From positions 30,468-84,716 of the forward strand of contig DCVI01000197.1 of NCBI GenBank assembly GCA_002327315.1: a DNA stretch of 54,249 bases. Reading direction: 5' to 3'. The translations under genes and the position numbers were made by a program. Of this stretch, positions 42,549-51,221 are shown one piece after another. The first letter of the stretch is position 1, and each line of letters starts with the position of its first letter. This DNA comes from Syntrophaceae bacterium UBA2192 (lineage in GTDB: Bacteria > Desulfobacterota > Syntrophia > Syntrophales > UBA2192). The notes beneath the pieces are model-generated. The model saw only the letters and a program-made list of their open reading frames with translations. It had not been told where the DNA came from and did not search any database.

Positions 42549-44420
42549 ATGAAACACCTGATTCGAAATAAGAATTTCTGGACCATCCTAGTCATCGACG
42601 TCGCATTCGTCTGCGTCTCGTACTTGATGGCGTATGTCATTCGCTTCGAGGGCGACATCCCTCCGGAGCAAATGCAGCTGCTGCTTCAGACGCTGCCCTG
42701 GATCGTGCCTTTGAAAATCGCGGTCTTCTCGTGGGTCGGCCTCTACCGGGGCATGTGGCGCTACACAAGCATCGCGGATCTTATCAACATCATCACGTCA
42801 ACGGTGATCAGCGCGGGGGTCATCGCATTGTCCCTGGTTCTCGTCCGACGCTTTGAGGGGTTTTCCAGAAGTGTCCTCATCCTGGATGCTCTGCTCACCC
42901 TGGTACTCGTTGGCGGCATACGGCTGCTTATCCGGGTCTACATACAGAGGACCATCCCCGCCAGCTTCTTCAGCTCTGCCTATTTCCCCTTCTTCAAACC
43001 GGACCGTGAAAAGCGGAAGCGGCTGCTCATTGTGGGCGCAGGGGATGCCGCCGAGAAGATGCTGCGCGAGATCCTCGACAATCCACGGGTCAAGTATCGT
43101 CCCGTGGGGTTCCTTGACGACAACCCCCGCAAGCAAGGCCAGGCAATCCACGGCGTACCCGTCCTGGGTGCAATCGACGACATTGAGGAGATACCCATCC
43201 CGTTCGATGAGATCCTCATCGCCATCCCCTCGGCGCGGGGCGACGTGATGCGGCGCATCGTCGAACTCTGCGACCGGACGGGCAAGCGTTACTGTACCAT
43301 TCCCAAGATTGGCGAGCTGATTGAAGGGCGCATCTCCGTGAACGCCATACGGGAAGTGAGGCTGGAGGACCTCGTTGGCAGGCAGGAAGTCCAGCTCGAT
43401 ACAGAAAGTATCAGCCGCTGCCTCTGCGGCAAGCGGATTCTGGTGACCGGTGCCGGGGGCTCGATCGGCTCGGAGCTGGTGCGCCAGATCAGCCGTTTCC
43501 AGCCTGCAGTCGTGGGGCTGCTCGATTTCAGCGAATTCAACCTGTTCGAGATCGGACAGGAGTTCCAGCACCGTCTCCGGGAGCTGCCCACGGAGTGCTT
43601 CCTCACGGACATCCGGGACCGCGATGCTCTGCAGGGGGTCCTGGAGCGTTTCAGGCCCCACATCATCTTTCACGCCGCTGCCTACAAGCACGTACCGATG
43701 CAGGAGAGCCACCCCCGGGAAGCGGTTTTGAACAACGTCCTGGGAACGCGCAATCTCGTGGATCTGGCCCTGGAGATGGAGGTGGAGCGGTTTGTCCTCG
43801 TTTCAACGGACAAGGCCGTGCGGCCCACGAACGTCATGGGCGCCACCAAGAGAGTTGCGGAACTCTTCGTCGAGAGCATGCGCGAGAGGCAAGTCACCCG
43901 TTTTGTCGCGGTCCGCTTCGGGAATGTATTCAGCAGCTCCGGGTCGGTCATTCCTATATTCCAGAAGCAGATTTCGCAAGGGGGACCCGTAACGGTCACT
44001 CATCCCGAGGTCACGCGCTATTTCATGTCTATTCCCGAGGCAGCACAGCTGATCCTTCAAGCCGGGGCCATGGGTGAGGGTGGGGAAATCTTCATCCTCG
44101 ACATGGGCGAGCCCATCCGGATCGTCGGCATGGCCAGGGATCTCATCCGGCTCCACGGCCTGGAGCCGGACAAGGATATACTCATCGAGTTCACCGGCCT
44201 GAGGCCCGGAGAAAAACTGTACGAGGAGTTGATCACGTCCGGTGAGGGCATCGTCAGCACTTGTCACGAAAAGATCATGGTTCTGAGAGGAGAAAAGCAG
44301 GATGCGGCGGGGCTGCTGGCCCAGATCGAATCACTTCTCGCTATTGCCAGGCAGGGCGACAGCTCTGCGATACGAAAAAAGCTTCGGGAGATTGTGCCCG
44401 AGTACAACCCTGGAGCGTAA
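42549..44420 (+). CDS. Membrane-bound NDP-HexNAc 4,6-dehydratase (CapD/PglF/WbpM family)
   Basis: 623 aa. Four N-terminal TM helices, then two Rossmann regions (LLIVGAGDAAE and ILVTGAGGSIGSEL) and AAAYKHVP. Confidence 0.9.
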   Translation: MKHLIRNKNFWTILVIDVAFVCVSYLMAYVIRFEGDIPPEQMQLLLQTLPWIVPLKIAVFSWVGLYRGMWRYTSIADLINIITSTVISAGVIALSLVLVRRFEGFSRSVLILDALLTLVLVGGIRLLIRVYIQRTIPASFFSSAYFPFFKPDREKRKRLLIVGAGDAAEKMLREILDNPRVKYRPVGFLDDNPRKQGQAIHGVPVLGAIDDIEEIPIPFDEILIAIPSARGDVMRRIVELCDRTGKRYCTIPKIGELIEGRISVNAIREVRLEDLVGRQEVQLDTESISRCLCGKRILVTGAGGSIGSELVRQISRFQPAVVGLLDFSEFNLFEIGQEFQHRLRELPTECFLTDIRDRDALQGVLERFRPHIIFHAAAYKHVPMQESHPREAVLNNVLGTRNLVDLALEMEVERFVLVSTDKAVRPTNVMGATKRVAELFVESMRERQVTRFVAVRFGNVFSSSGSVIPIFQKQISQGGPVTVTHPEVTRYFMSIPEAAQLILQAGAMGEGGEIFILDMGEPIRIVGMARDLIRLHGLEPDKDILIEFTGLRPGEKLYEELITSGEGIVSTCHEKIMVLRGEKQDAAGLLAQIESLLAIARQGDSSAIRKKLREIVPEYNPGA

Positions 44421-44466
44421 GCGTTTTAACAGAATAGCCCTGCGGTCATCCTTCTCTACGCAAGCA

Positions 44467-45726
44467 ATGCAGAAGATATCAAACTTCATTACACGGTATG
44501 ATCTGTCATCATATATCGTCTTTCTGATCGCTGGATTTATTTTTCTCAATCCCTTTCCACATGTCACGGCCTTAAAAGAAATATTTTTTTACTCGACAAT
44601 TTTTTTCATCATTCTGGCTGTCGTGTCGAATAAGGGGGGCGTTAACTTCCGGTCGCCCCTGTCGAAACCTTTTTTGTTTATTTTTCTTTGGTCGGCCGTT
44701 GACCTTCTCTTTGCAATCAACAAAATGAATTCGTTGCACGATATCTATGCCCATTTAATCAAATATTTCGCTGTTTACTTCATGATTATAAATTATTTCG
44801 CTTCCAAGGAAAAACTGAACAGCTTCTCCTGGACGATCCTTCTCTCCTCGGCAAGCTTCTGCGTCTGGAGTGTGTCGTATTTCTATCTTTTTCTTGGACA
44901 CCCCATCACGCAACAATTGGGTATTGATGTCTTCCAGGAGATCCCAACCAATATCATCGGTATCATAACTGTGTTCAATATCATTTTGTCTCTGCAAATG
45001 CTTAGCCTTGAACGCCGCTCACGGCACAGGCTGGTGATCATCTTCATACTAGCCTTGCTGGTGCTGGCGACGCTATTGACACAGACGCGAAGTGCCTTTC
45101 TAGCCTTGTTTTTGGCCCTGGCAATCCTCTCTTTCCGGAACCGGTTCATTCTGGTTTTAATCATCACTATCTTCATCTTAGCATCTTTTCTACCCGTCAA
45201 GAACCGCCTGACGCCTTCGGCTATTCTTGATAAATTAAGAAGTGATTCCCGAATCAACATCTCGTATACGTACATCGAAGTCATTAAAGATTTCCCTCTC
45301 CAAGGCATTGGCTTTGGACTGCAATCGTACGCAGATGAGAAGTTCATGAAAATGTATCACGACCGGACCGACCCTGCGCAAAGGAATCCGATTTTTATAA
45401 AGGCTCCACATAACTTCGTGATCGATATCATGGTGCGATTAGGTATCGTCGGACTCGCGCTGTATCTTTATGCCTTGTACTGGGCTTTCAGGATGATCAC
45501 TGCGCTAATAAAAGACGCCCGGGATGATGAAGGCAGGAGGTGGGGCATTACATTTTTAGCTGCGCTCGTCGCCTTCCTGATCCAGGGTATGTTTGAGAAT
45601 GTTCACAGCGGCCCACCGGCAGTAGTGTTTTATACTCTTTTGGCTATGATCACCATCTTCTGGCGGATTCAGAGAGAAGACGATGCAAATGATGTTGCAG
45701 GACATGAAAAAGGTTGCACGACGTGA
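44467..45726 (+). CDS. O-antigen ligase/polymerase family (Wzy_C domain) membrane protein
   Basis: Polytopic. It has LLTQTRSAFLALFLALAILSF and APHNFVIDIMVRLGIVGLALYLYAL (the Wzy_C-type R and H-N motifs). The ORF-track start at 44302 lies inside the upstream gene. Confidence 0.8.
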   Translation: MQKISNFITRYDLSSYIVFLIAGFIFLNPFPHVTALKEIFFYSTIFFIILAVVSNKGGVNFRSPLSKPFLFIFLWSAVDLLFAINKMNSLHDIYAHLIKYFAVYFMIINYFASKEKLNSFSWTILLSSASFCVWSVSYFYLFLGHPITQQLGIDVFQEIPTNIIGIITVFNIILSLQMLSLERRSRHRLVIIFILALLVLATLLTQTRSAFLALFLALAILSFRNRFILVLIITIFILASFLPVKNRLTPSAILDKLRSDSRINISYTYIEVIKDFPLQGIGFGLQSYADEKFMKMYHDRTDPAQRNPIFIKAPHNFVIDIMVRLGIVGLALYLYALYWAFRMITALIKDARDDEGRRWGITFLAALVAFLIQGMFENVHSGPPAVVFYTLLAMITIFWRIQREDDANDVAGHEKGCTT

Positions 45727-46011
45727 GCCCATAAGCCAGTATCGCTGTTCTCGCACAAGTCCTTTGGGTTAATTCACCTGTCATCGTTTTCTATATAATC
45801 CGGACATCGTTATTCGCTTTAAACGCCCCCAAAGGGTATCGTAGGGGAACCAATGCTGGGCTGGAAGTGGATAACTACGAAACAGGCGGCGCTCATCAAT
45901 GATTTTTGGAGCGAAATAATGACCCTACCCGAGGTTGAGACAGATAACCGGCCCGTGGCTTCGTGAAGATGCCTTTTGCTTGCTGACACTTACTTCGGGG
46001 CGTCAGCCAAC

Positions 46012-46105
46012 GTGCTTTACATTCTTCTGGCCATGATTTCTTCTGGCCATGATCACAATGCTGTGGAGAAATACACAGGCAGAAGGACATGATGCGGCGG
46101 GTTTC
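46012..46105 (+). pseudogene. Relic of the 3' end of a second O-antigen-ligase-family gene
   Basis: After removing one copy of the 16-bp duplication, the region reads VLYILLAMITMLWRNTQAEGHDAAG. The C-terminus of the intact ligase (45625-45703) reads VFYTLLAMITIFWRIQREDDANDVAG. The DNA is also visibly similar (gtgYtttaYaYtcttYtggcYatgatcac). Confidence 0.55.
46022..46053. repeat. Perfect 16-bp tandem duplication (TTCTTCTGGCCATGAT x2)
   Basis: Read directly from the sequence: 46022-46037 is identical to 46038-46053. Confidence 0.95.
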
Positions 46106-46138
46106 CGGAATAATGAACAAACAAGTTGTGTAGGGAGT

Positions 46139-47782
46139 ATGCATAAATCCCTTATCGCCTTCATTGTTTTCTTGACTGTGGTTTTCCTAGGAGGTTCTTT
46201 TTATCATTACTCTGACATGATCCTGCACGGAAGACAGTACGATGATTCCTATATCACATATCGGTATGCCGTGAATCTTGCAGAAGGAAATGGTTTTGTT
46301 TTTAATTCATATGAAAAAGTAAATAGCGCAAGTTCGTTTCTTTACACCCTGTTTCTGGCAGGCTTCTACAAGCTTGGGTTCCAGAATCTCGAGCGGGTCG
46401 CAGCATTTATAGGACTGACCAGCGGATGCTTGCTGATCCTCTTTACCTCCCTGTTGGTCTTTCGCATTGTCGAAAATGCCCTGCTAATGGCACTTTTTCT
46501 ACTGCCGCTCTGTATCTCTGGATCGATAACCGGTTGGGCGGTCAGCGGAATGGAAACGATCTTTTTCTCGATGCTGATTATGGCATTTCTCTGGGCATAT
46601 TATTCCGATCGGTTTGCATTCAGCCTCGCGCTTCTTGCAGCCTGTTTGCTTACCCGATTCGAGGGTGTCATTCTGCTCGCATCCCTGTTGTTTTCCGAAT
46701 GGATCGATGGCGGGTTTCGTCTGAGAAACCGACGACTCGCAGTCTTTGCTATCACAGGCGCGATTTCCTTTGGCGGACTCGTTGCATTCTATTTATGCTA
46801 TTACGGGACTGCGATACCTCATCCTGTCCTTCTCAAGAAATATGCATTGTATTATTCTCATCCTTTTTTTACTTCTTTAGAAGAAACGTTGACCTTTTTG
46901 ATAAAATATTTCGGGCTGTACACCATACCCGGAATAGGGGTTGCTGTCTTTTTGCTATGGAGCAAGTGGTCGGAAGTCCAAACAAACAAAGATAAGGCAG
47001 GAATTCCGCGGTCATCCTTTTCCCCGACACTGGGCAAGTTGGATGCCCAAACACAGACACGTGATGTCCTGGTGGCCGTTTACATCCTGCTCAGCGTTTT
47101 GTCATACGTCGTGGGGCCGGCATCTGATCAGAACCGCTATATGATTCCTCTTGTACCCGTTCTAGCCGTAGCTACGGCTCTTGTCTGCCGCTATTGGGTC
47201 AAAAGCTGCGTAACACCCCACCGTGCCGTACTCATCTTCGGAGTCATCCTGTTCGCGCTGGCGACCTATCAAGCCACCCGAAACCAAATGCGAGTTGCCC
47301 AGTTCTTCAGCAAGACGGCCGAGCACCAAATAGCGAGAGAAGCAATAGGTCAATGGATCAAGGCCAATGTTCCCTCCGATGAAATAATCTTGTCATCGGA
47401 TATCGGAGCAATAGCCTATTTCGCAAAATCACATGATTTCATTGATGTCTACGGATTAACTTCCAAAGCTCCGGTAATTGCATTGGAGAAAAATAACTGG
47501 CTATTATTCATCAATGAGCTGAAAAAGAAGAAACCGTTATGGGTTGCAGATACAGGGTTCCCTAACGGAAAGATTTCGGCGATAGAAAAGATAACGCGCC
47601 CAAGTGAATATTATCATGGTCTCTCATCCCAAGGAGAACCCTATCTTAATCTATACAATGATTCTAATAAAACTGTTCTCTCCATCCCCGTTAGAGAAAG
47701 CTACACTTTCAGAATCGTAAAAATCGATCCACAGGTGTATGAAGACGATAGAATTTCTCATAATAAAAAGCCACCCATGTGA
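46139..47782 (+). CDS. Polytopic GT-C-fold-like membrane glycosyltransferase candidate (arabinosyl/ArnT-like)
   Basis: MHKSLIAFIVFLTVVFLGG (TM1) is followed by GRQYDDSYITYRYAVNLAEGNGFVFN, an acidic DD motif in the first loop as in GT-C enzymes. It has more than 10 TM helices and a C-terminal soluble domain of about 150 aa. The region upstream of 46139 in the same ORF is the ligase relic. Confidence 0.55.
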   Translation: MHKSLIAFIVFLTVVFLGGSFYHYSDMILHGRQYDDSYITYRYAVNLAEGNGFVFNSYEKVNSASSFLYTLFLAGFYKLGFQNLERVAAFIGLTSGCLLILFTSLLVFRIVENALLMALFLLPLCISGSITGWAVSGMETIFFSMLIMAFLWAYYSDRFAFSLALLAACLLTRFEGVILLASLLFSEWIDGGFRLRNRRLAVFAITGAISFGGLVAFYLCYYGTAIPHPVLLKKYALYYSHPFFTSLEETLTFLIKYFGLYTIPGIGVAVFLLWSKWSEVQTNKDKAGIPRSSFSPTLGKLDAQTQTRDVLVAVYILLSVLSYVVGPASDQNRYMIPLVPVLAVATALVCRYWVKSCVTPHRAVLIFGVILFALATYQATRNQMRVAQFFSKTAEHQIAREAIGQWIKANVPSDEIILSSDIGAIAYFAKSHDFIDVYGLTSKAPVIALEKNNWLLFINELKKKKPLWVADTGFPNGKISAIEKITRPSEYYHGLSSQGEPYLNLYNDSNKTVLSIPVRESYTFRIVKIDPQVYEDDRISHNKKPPM

Positions 47783-47925
47783 CCTCGTTGCATTGAATCA
47801 CTACAACAGAATTTGTAGCGTTTAGACATATTAACAAACGACACACAAAGAACGGACAAGTAAGTTTAAATAAAAAACTTTTTCAAGATGGCAACGATTT
47901 CTAAATCCGCTAATGGGCTAAAGGA

Positions 47926-48966
47926 ATGAATTTATTGATCACAGGGGGGGCAGGCTTTCTCGGCATCAACCTCGTCCGACACCTGATCCAGAAGGATGCG
48001 GGCCGAATCGTCGTGCTCGATCTCGCGGATTTTGACTATCCCGATGTGAGGGGCCGGGTCACCTTCATCCAAGGAGACATCCGGGACCGAAACGTCGTCG
48101 CAAGAGCGATGGAAGGGGTCGGCATCGTCATCCACACAGCAGCCGCCCTGCCGCTGTATAGCGAGAAGGACATCTACACAATCGATGTGGACGGGACGCG
48201 AAATCTGCTGGATGAGGCTCTACGGCAGAAGACGGAGCGCTTCATCCATGTCTCGTCCACGGCCGTCTACGGCATCCCCGATCATCACCCGATCTATGAG
48301 ACGGACCGGCTCGACGGGGTCGGCCCCTACGGCAAGGCAAAGATCCTGGCCGAGGAGGCCTGCCTGGAGTATCGCCGTAAGGGAATGTGTGTCCCCATCG
48401 TCCGGCCCAAGTCTTTCGTCGGGCCCGAGCGGCTCGGCGTATTCGCCCTGTTCTACGACTGGGCAAAGGATGGGAAGAGCTTCCCCATGCTCGGCAGCGG
48501 AAATAACCGCTATCAGCTTCTCGACGTGGAGGACCTCTGTGAGGCGATTCGTCTCTGCATGGTCAAAGACCCGCAGACCGTCAATGACACGTTCAACATC
48601 GGGGCAAAAGAATTTGCCACGATGAAGGAAGATTACCAGGCCGTTCTGGACCGTGCAGGGTTCGGGAAACGGATCGTCCCCATTCCGGCGGGGCCGGCCA
48701 TCACGGCGCTCAGGATCCTGGAATTCCTCCGACTCTCCCCGCTGTACAAGTGGGTTTACGAGACGGCCGCAAAGGACTCCTTCGTGTCGATCGAAAAGGC
48801 CGAAAGAGTCCTCGGCTTCAGCCCGAAATACTCCAACCGAGAGGCGTTGATCCGAAACTATGAGTGGTATCTCGGCCATCTCGATCAGTTCGAAGATCAA
48901 ACGGGCATTTCCCACAGGGTCCCCTGGAAGCAGGGGATATTGAAACTGGCGAAACTGTTTTTCTAG
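47926..48966 (+). CDS. NAD-dependent epimerase/dehydratase (extended SDR)
   Basis: [20 protein letters not shown] (GxxGxxG), SSTAVYG and YGKAK (YxxxK). Confidence 0.85.
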   Translation: MNLLITGGAGFLGINLVRHLIQKDAGRIVVLDLADFDYPDVRGRVTFIQGDIRDRNVVARAMEGVGIVIHTAAALPLYSEKDIYTIDVDGTRNLLDEALRQKTERFIHVSSTAVYGIPDHHPIYETDRLDGVGPYGKAKILAEEACLEYRRKGMCVPIVRPKSFVGPERLGVFALFYDWAKDGKSFPMLGSGNNRYQLLDVEDLCEAIRLCMVKDPQTVNDTFNIGAKEFATMKEDYQAVLDRAGFGKRIVPIPAGPAITALRILEFLRLSPLYKWVYETAAKDSFVSIEKAERVLGFSPKYSNREALIRNYEWYLGHLDQFEDQTGISHRVPWKQGILKLAKLFF

Positions 48967-48983
48967 CAAGATACGGCTTACGG

Positions 48984-49856
48984 ATGAAGATGAAAGATTA
49001 TTTTCGACTGCTCCGGGTTCACCAGTATCTCAAGAATCTGTTCATCTTCCTGCCCCTGTTTTTCTCCTTGCGGATCGTCGAGGCTGACCTGCTCGTCAAC
49101 GCGTCCCTGGCCTTCGCGATCTTCTCGGCTATTGCAAGCGCCGTCTACATTTTCAACGACTTTCTCGATATCGAAGAGGACCGGGCGCATCCCGTCAAGA
49201 AGGACCGCCCCCTGGCCTCCGGCCGGATATACCCCCGGGTCGCCCTCATGCTCGCGGCGGCGTTGCTGGTTGCGGGCCTTGCGGCATCTTGGTGGCTTAG
49301 TCCGCAGATGTTCTCTCTCTTGCTCCTGTACCTGATCCTGAATGTCGCCTACTCGATCCGGCTGAAGCATATCCCAATCATTGACGTCTTCGTGATCGCC
49401 GTCAATTTCGTCATCCGGATCTTTGTGGGTGGGGCAGTGACCCACGTGAAGATCACCATGTGGATCATCATAATGACCTTTCTACTCGCTTTGTTCCTGG
49501 CCCTGGCCAAGCGAAGGGACGACGTTTTGATCTTCCTGGAAACGGATCAGAAGACCCGAAAATCCATTGACGGGTACAACCTGAACTTCATCGACTCGGC
49601 GATGATGGCCATGACGGCTATCACCATTGTGGCCTACATCATGTACACGGTTTCGCCCGACGTCATCGCCAAATTCGGGACGGACAGACTCTACCTCACC
49701 ACGGCCTTCGTCATTTTGGGCATCATGCGGTACATGCAAATCACCTTCGTGGAGGAGAAAAGCGGCTCGCCGACGGAAATTCTGTTGAAAGACCGGTTTA
49801 TCCAGTTCACCCTACTAGGTTGGATCTTCTCATTCGGGATTCTGATCTACCGGTGA
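48984..49856 (+). CDS. UbiA-family prenyl-phosphate transferase, decaprenyl-phosphate phosphoribosyltransferase (DPPR synthase)-like
   Basis: YIFNDFLDIEEDRAHPVKKDRPLASGRI (NDxxDxxxD plus HPxKKxRPxASG), LALAKRRDD, a C-terminal PTEILLKDR, and about 8 TM helices. Confidence 0.8.
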   Translation: MKMKDYFRLLRVHQYLKNLFIFLPLFFSLRIVEADLLVNASLAFAIFSAIASAVYIFNDFLDIEEDRAHPVKKDRPLASGRIYPRVALMLAAALLVAGLAASWWLSPQMFSLLLLYLILNVAYSIRLKHIPIIDVFVIAVNFVIRIFVGGAVTHVKITMWIIIMTFLLALFLALAKRRDDVLIFLETDQKTRKSIDGYNLNFIDSAMMAMTAITIVAYIMYTVSPDVIAKFGTDRLYLTTAFVILGIMRYMQITFVEEKSGSPTEILLKDRFIQFTLLGWIFSFGILIYR

Positions 49857-50260
49857 TATCCCTCACGCTCAAATATGCCCTTTTCGCCTGCATCGCGACC
49901 CTGGTCAACGTGGTGGTGCAATACGCAAGCCTCTCTCTTTATCGCGGGCCTTACGGCCTTTACGTCGCTATGGCGTTCGGTACGCTGGCGGGTCTTATCG
50001 TGAAATACATCCTGGACAAGAACTATATATTCAACTACGTCGTCGTGAACCGACGCGACGATACGAACAAATTTCTCCTCTATTCCCTGATGGGCGTTTT
50101 CACGACGCTCATCTTCTGGGGCTTTGAGATCGCCTTCGATGCGGTCTTCGCCTCCGAAGTGGCCAAGTACTGGGGTGCCGTCCTCGGGCTGGCCCTGGGA
50201 TATACGACGAAGTATCAACTCGACAAGCGCTATGTCTTCAACGGGCAAGCCCGAGAATAG
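49853..50260 (+). CDS. GtrA-family small membrane protein
   Basis: Four TM helices. It has LKYALFACIATLVNVVVQYASL and ...YILDKNYIFN... / YQLDKRYVFN (GtrA-type repeated motif). The probable GTG start overlaps the UbiA stop codon (GTGA). The ORF track begins at TTG 49820. Confidence 0.7.
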   Translation: MISLTLKYALFACIATLVNVVVQYASLSLYRGPYGLYVAMAFGTLAGLIVKYILDKNYIFNYVVVNRRDDTNKFLLYSLMGVFTTLIFWGFEIAFDAVFASEVAKYWGAVLGLALGYTTKYQLDKRYVFNGQARE

Positions 50261-50309
50261 ACGGCACAGGACCGGACGGGAACCCTGCACCGGGTGATCG
50301 GGAGGTAAT

Positions 50310-51221
50310 TTGCAGAGCGGCAATCCCTGGAATATGGATGTCTCCTTCGTCATCGTCACGTACCGCTCTGCCGACGTGATCGGCTCATGCCTGGATTCCA
50401 TTGGGGCAGGCGGCAATGTGAGCCGGGAGGTCTTTCTCGTCGACAACGCCTCGGGCGACGGGTCGGCGGAGATTGTCCGGGCCAAATATCCCTCCGTGCA
50501 GCTCATCTCCAATGACTCGAACCGGGGGTTTTCCGCGGCCAACAACCAGGCGATCCCCCAGTGCAGGGGGCGCTATCTCTTCTTTCTCAACCCCGACGCG
50601 GAGCTCACCGGGGGATGCCTAGAGACAGCCGTCCGGTATATGGATGAAAACCCGCGCATCGGGCTGGCCGGAACGAAAGTGGTCTACCCGGACGGAGCGA
50701 TGCAGGAGACGATCTCCCTGCGCTACCCGGGCGAAAGACACACGATGGGGGAGCTGGAGGGGCTCCAGGGCCCCATCGCCTGTGTGCTCGGGGCCAGCAT
50801 GATCGCGCGGGCGGAGCTGATCCGCGCAATCGGCGGCTTCGACGAGGACTACTTCCTCTATGGAGAGGACCAGGAGCTGTGCCTGCGGATCCGGCAGCAG
50901 GGTTTCGAGATCGGCTACATCGGTGAGGCGGTGGTTCGGCACATCGGGGGGCACAGCGAGAGGGCTTCGGCATCGGCTGACCGGTGGAGGCGAAAGACAC
51001 TCGCCGAGTACATATTCTACCGCAAACACTACAAACCGGAGACGATCAGGCGGATCTCCCGGGAAGACCGGCGCAAGGCCTGGTGGCGGACGCTGACAAT
51101 CCCCCTCACCCTCCCGTTTCTGCGTGACGGCGACGCGGCGCGGGACAAGCTTGTGAAGTACCGGACGATCCTCGAGACCCTCGACGATATCGAGCACCCC
51201 GGACGGCAGGGAGGCGCCTGA
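50310..51221 (+). CDS. GT2 family glycosyltransferase
   Basis: MDVSFVIVTYRSADVIGSCLDSI...VDNASGDGSAEIV...NRGFSAANNQA. The start is either TTG 50310 (GGAGG 4 nt upstream) or ATG 50334. Confidence 0.85.
   Translation: MQSGNPWNMDVSFVIVTYRSADVIGSCLDSIGAGGNVSREVFLVDNASGDGSAEIVRAKYPSVQLISNDSNRGFSAANNQAIPQCRGRYLFFLNPDAELTGGCLETAVRYMDENPRIGLAGTKVVYPDGAMQETISLRYPGERHTMGELEGLQGPIACVLGASMIARAELIRAIGGFDEDYFLYGEDQELCLRIRQQGFEIGYIGEAVVRHIGGHSERASASADRWRRKTLAEYIFYRKHYKPETIRRISREDRRKAWWRTLTIPLTLPFLRDGDAARDKLVKYRTILETLDDIEHPGRQGGA

Noticed and set aside
17510-47782. Whether any polytopic protein here (17510, 27364, 44467, 46139) is the exosortase needed for the PEP-CTERM protein.
   Set aside because: None shows the compact ~280-500-aa exosortase layout with the conserved Cys/Arg/His motifs that I would expect. 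44467 has Wzy_C-type motifs instead. The exosortase is presumed to be encoded outside the window.
8583-47925. Whether the low-GC region is a classical genomic island or integrative element.
   Set aside because: There is no integrase, transposase, tRNA target or long direct repeat at the borders. The content is a coherent glycan locus, so homologous cassette exchange is the simpler explanation. It is reported as a mosaic cluster instead.
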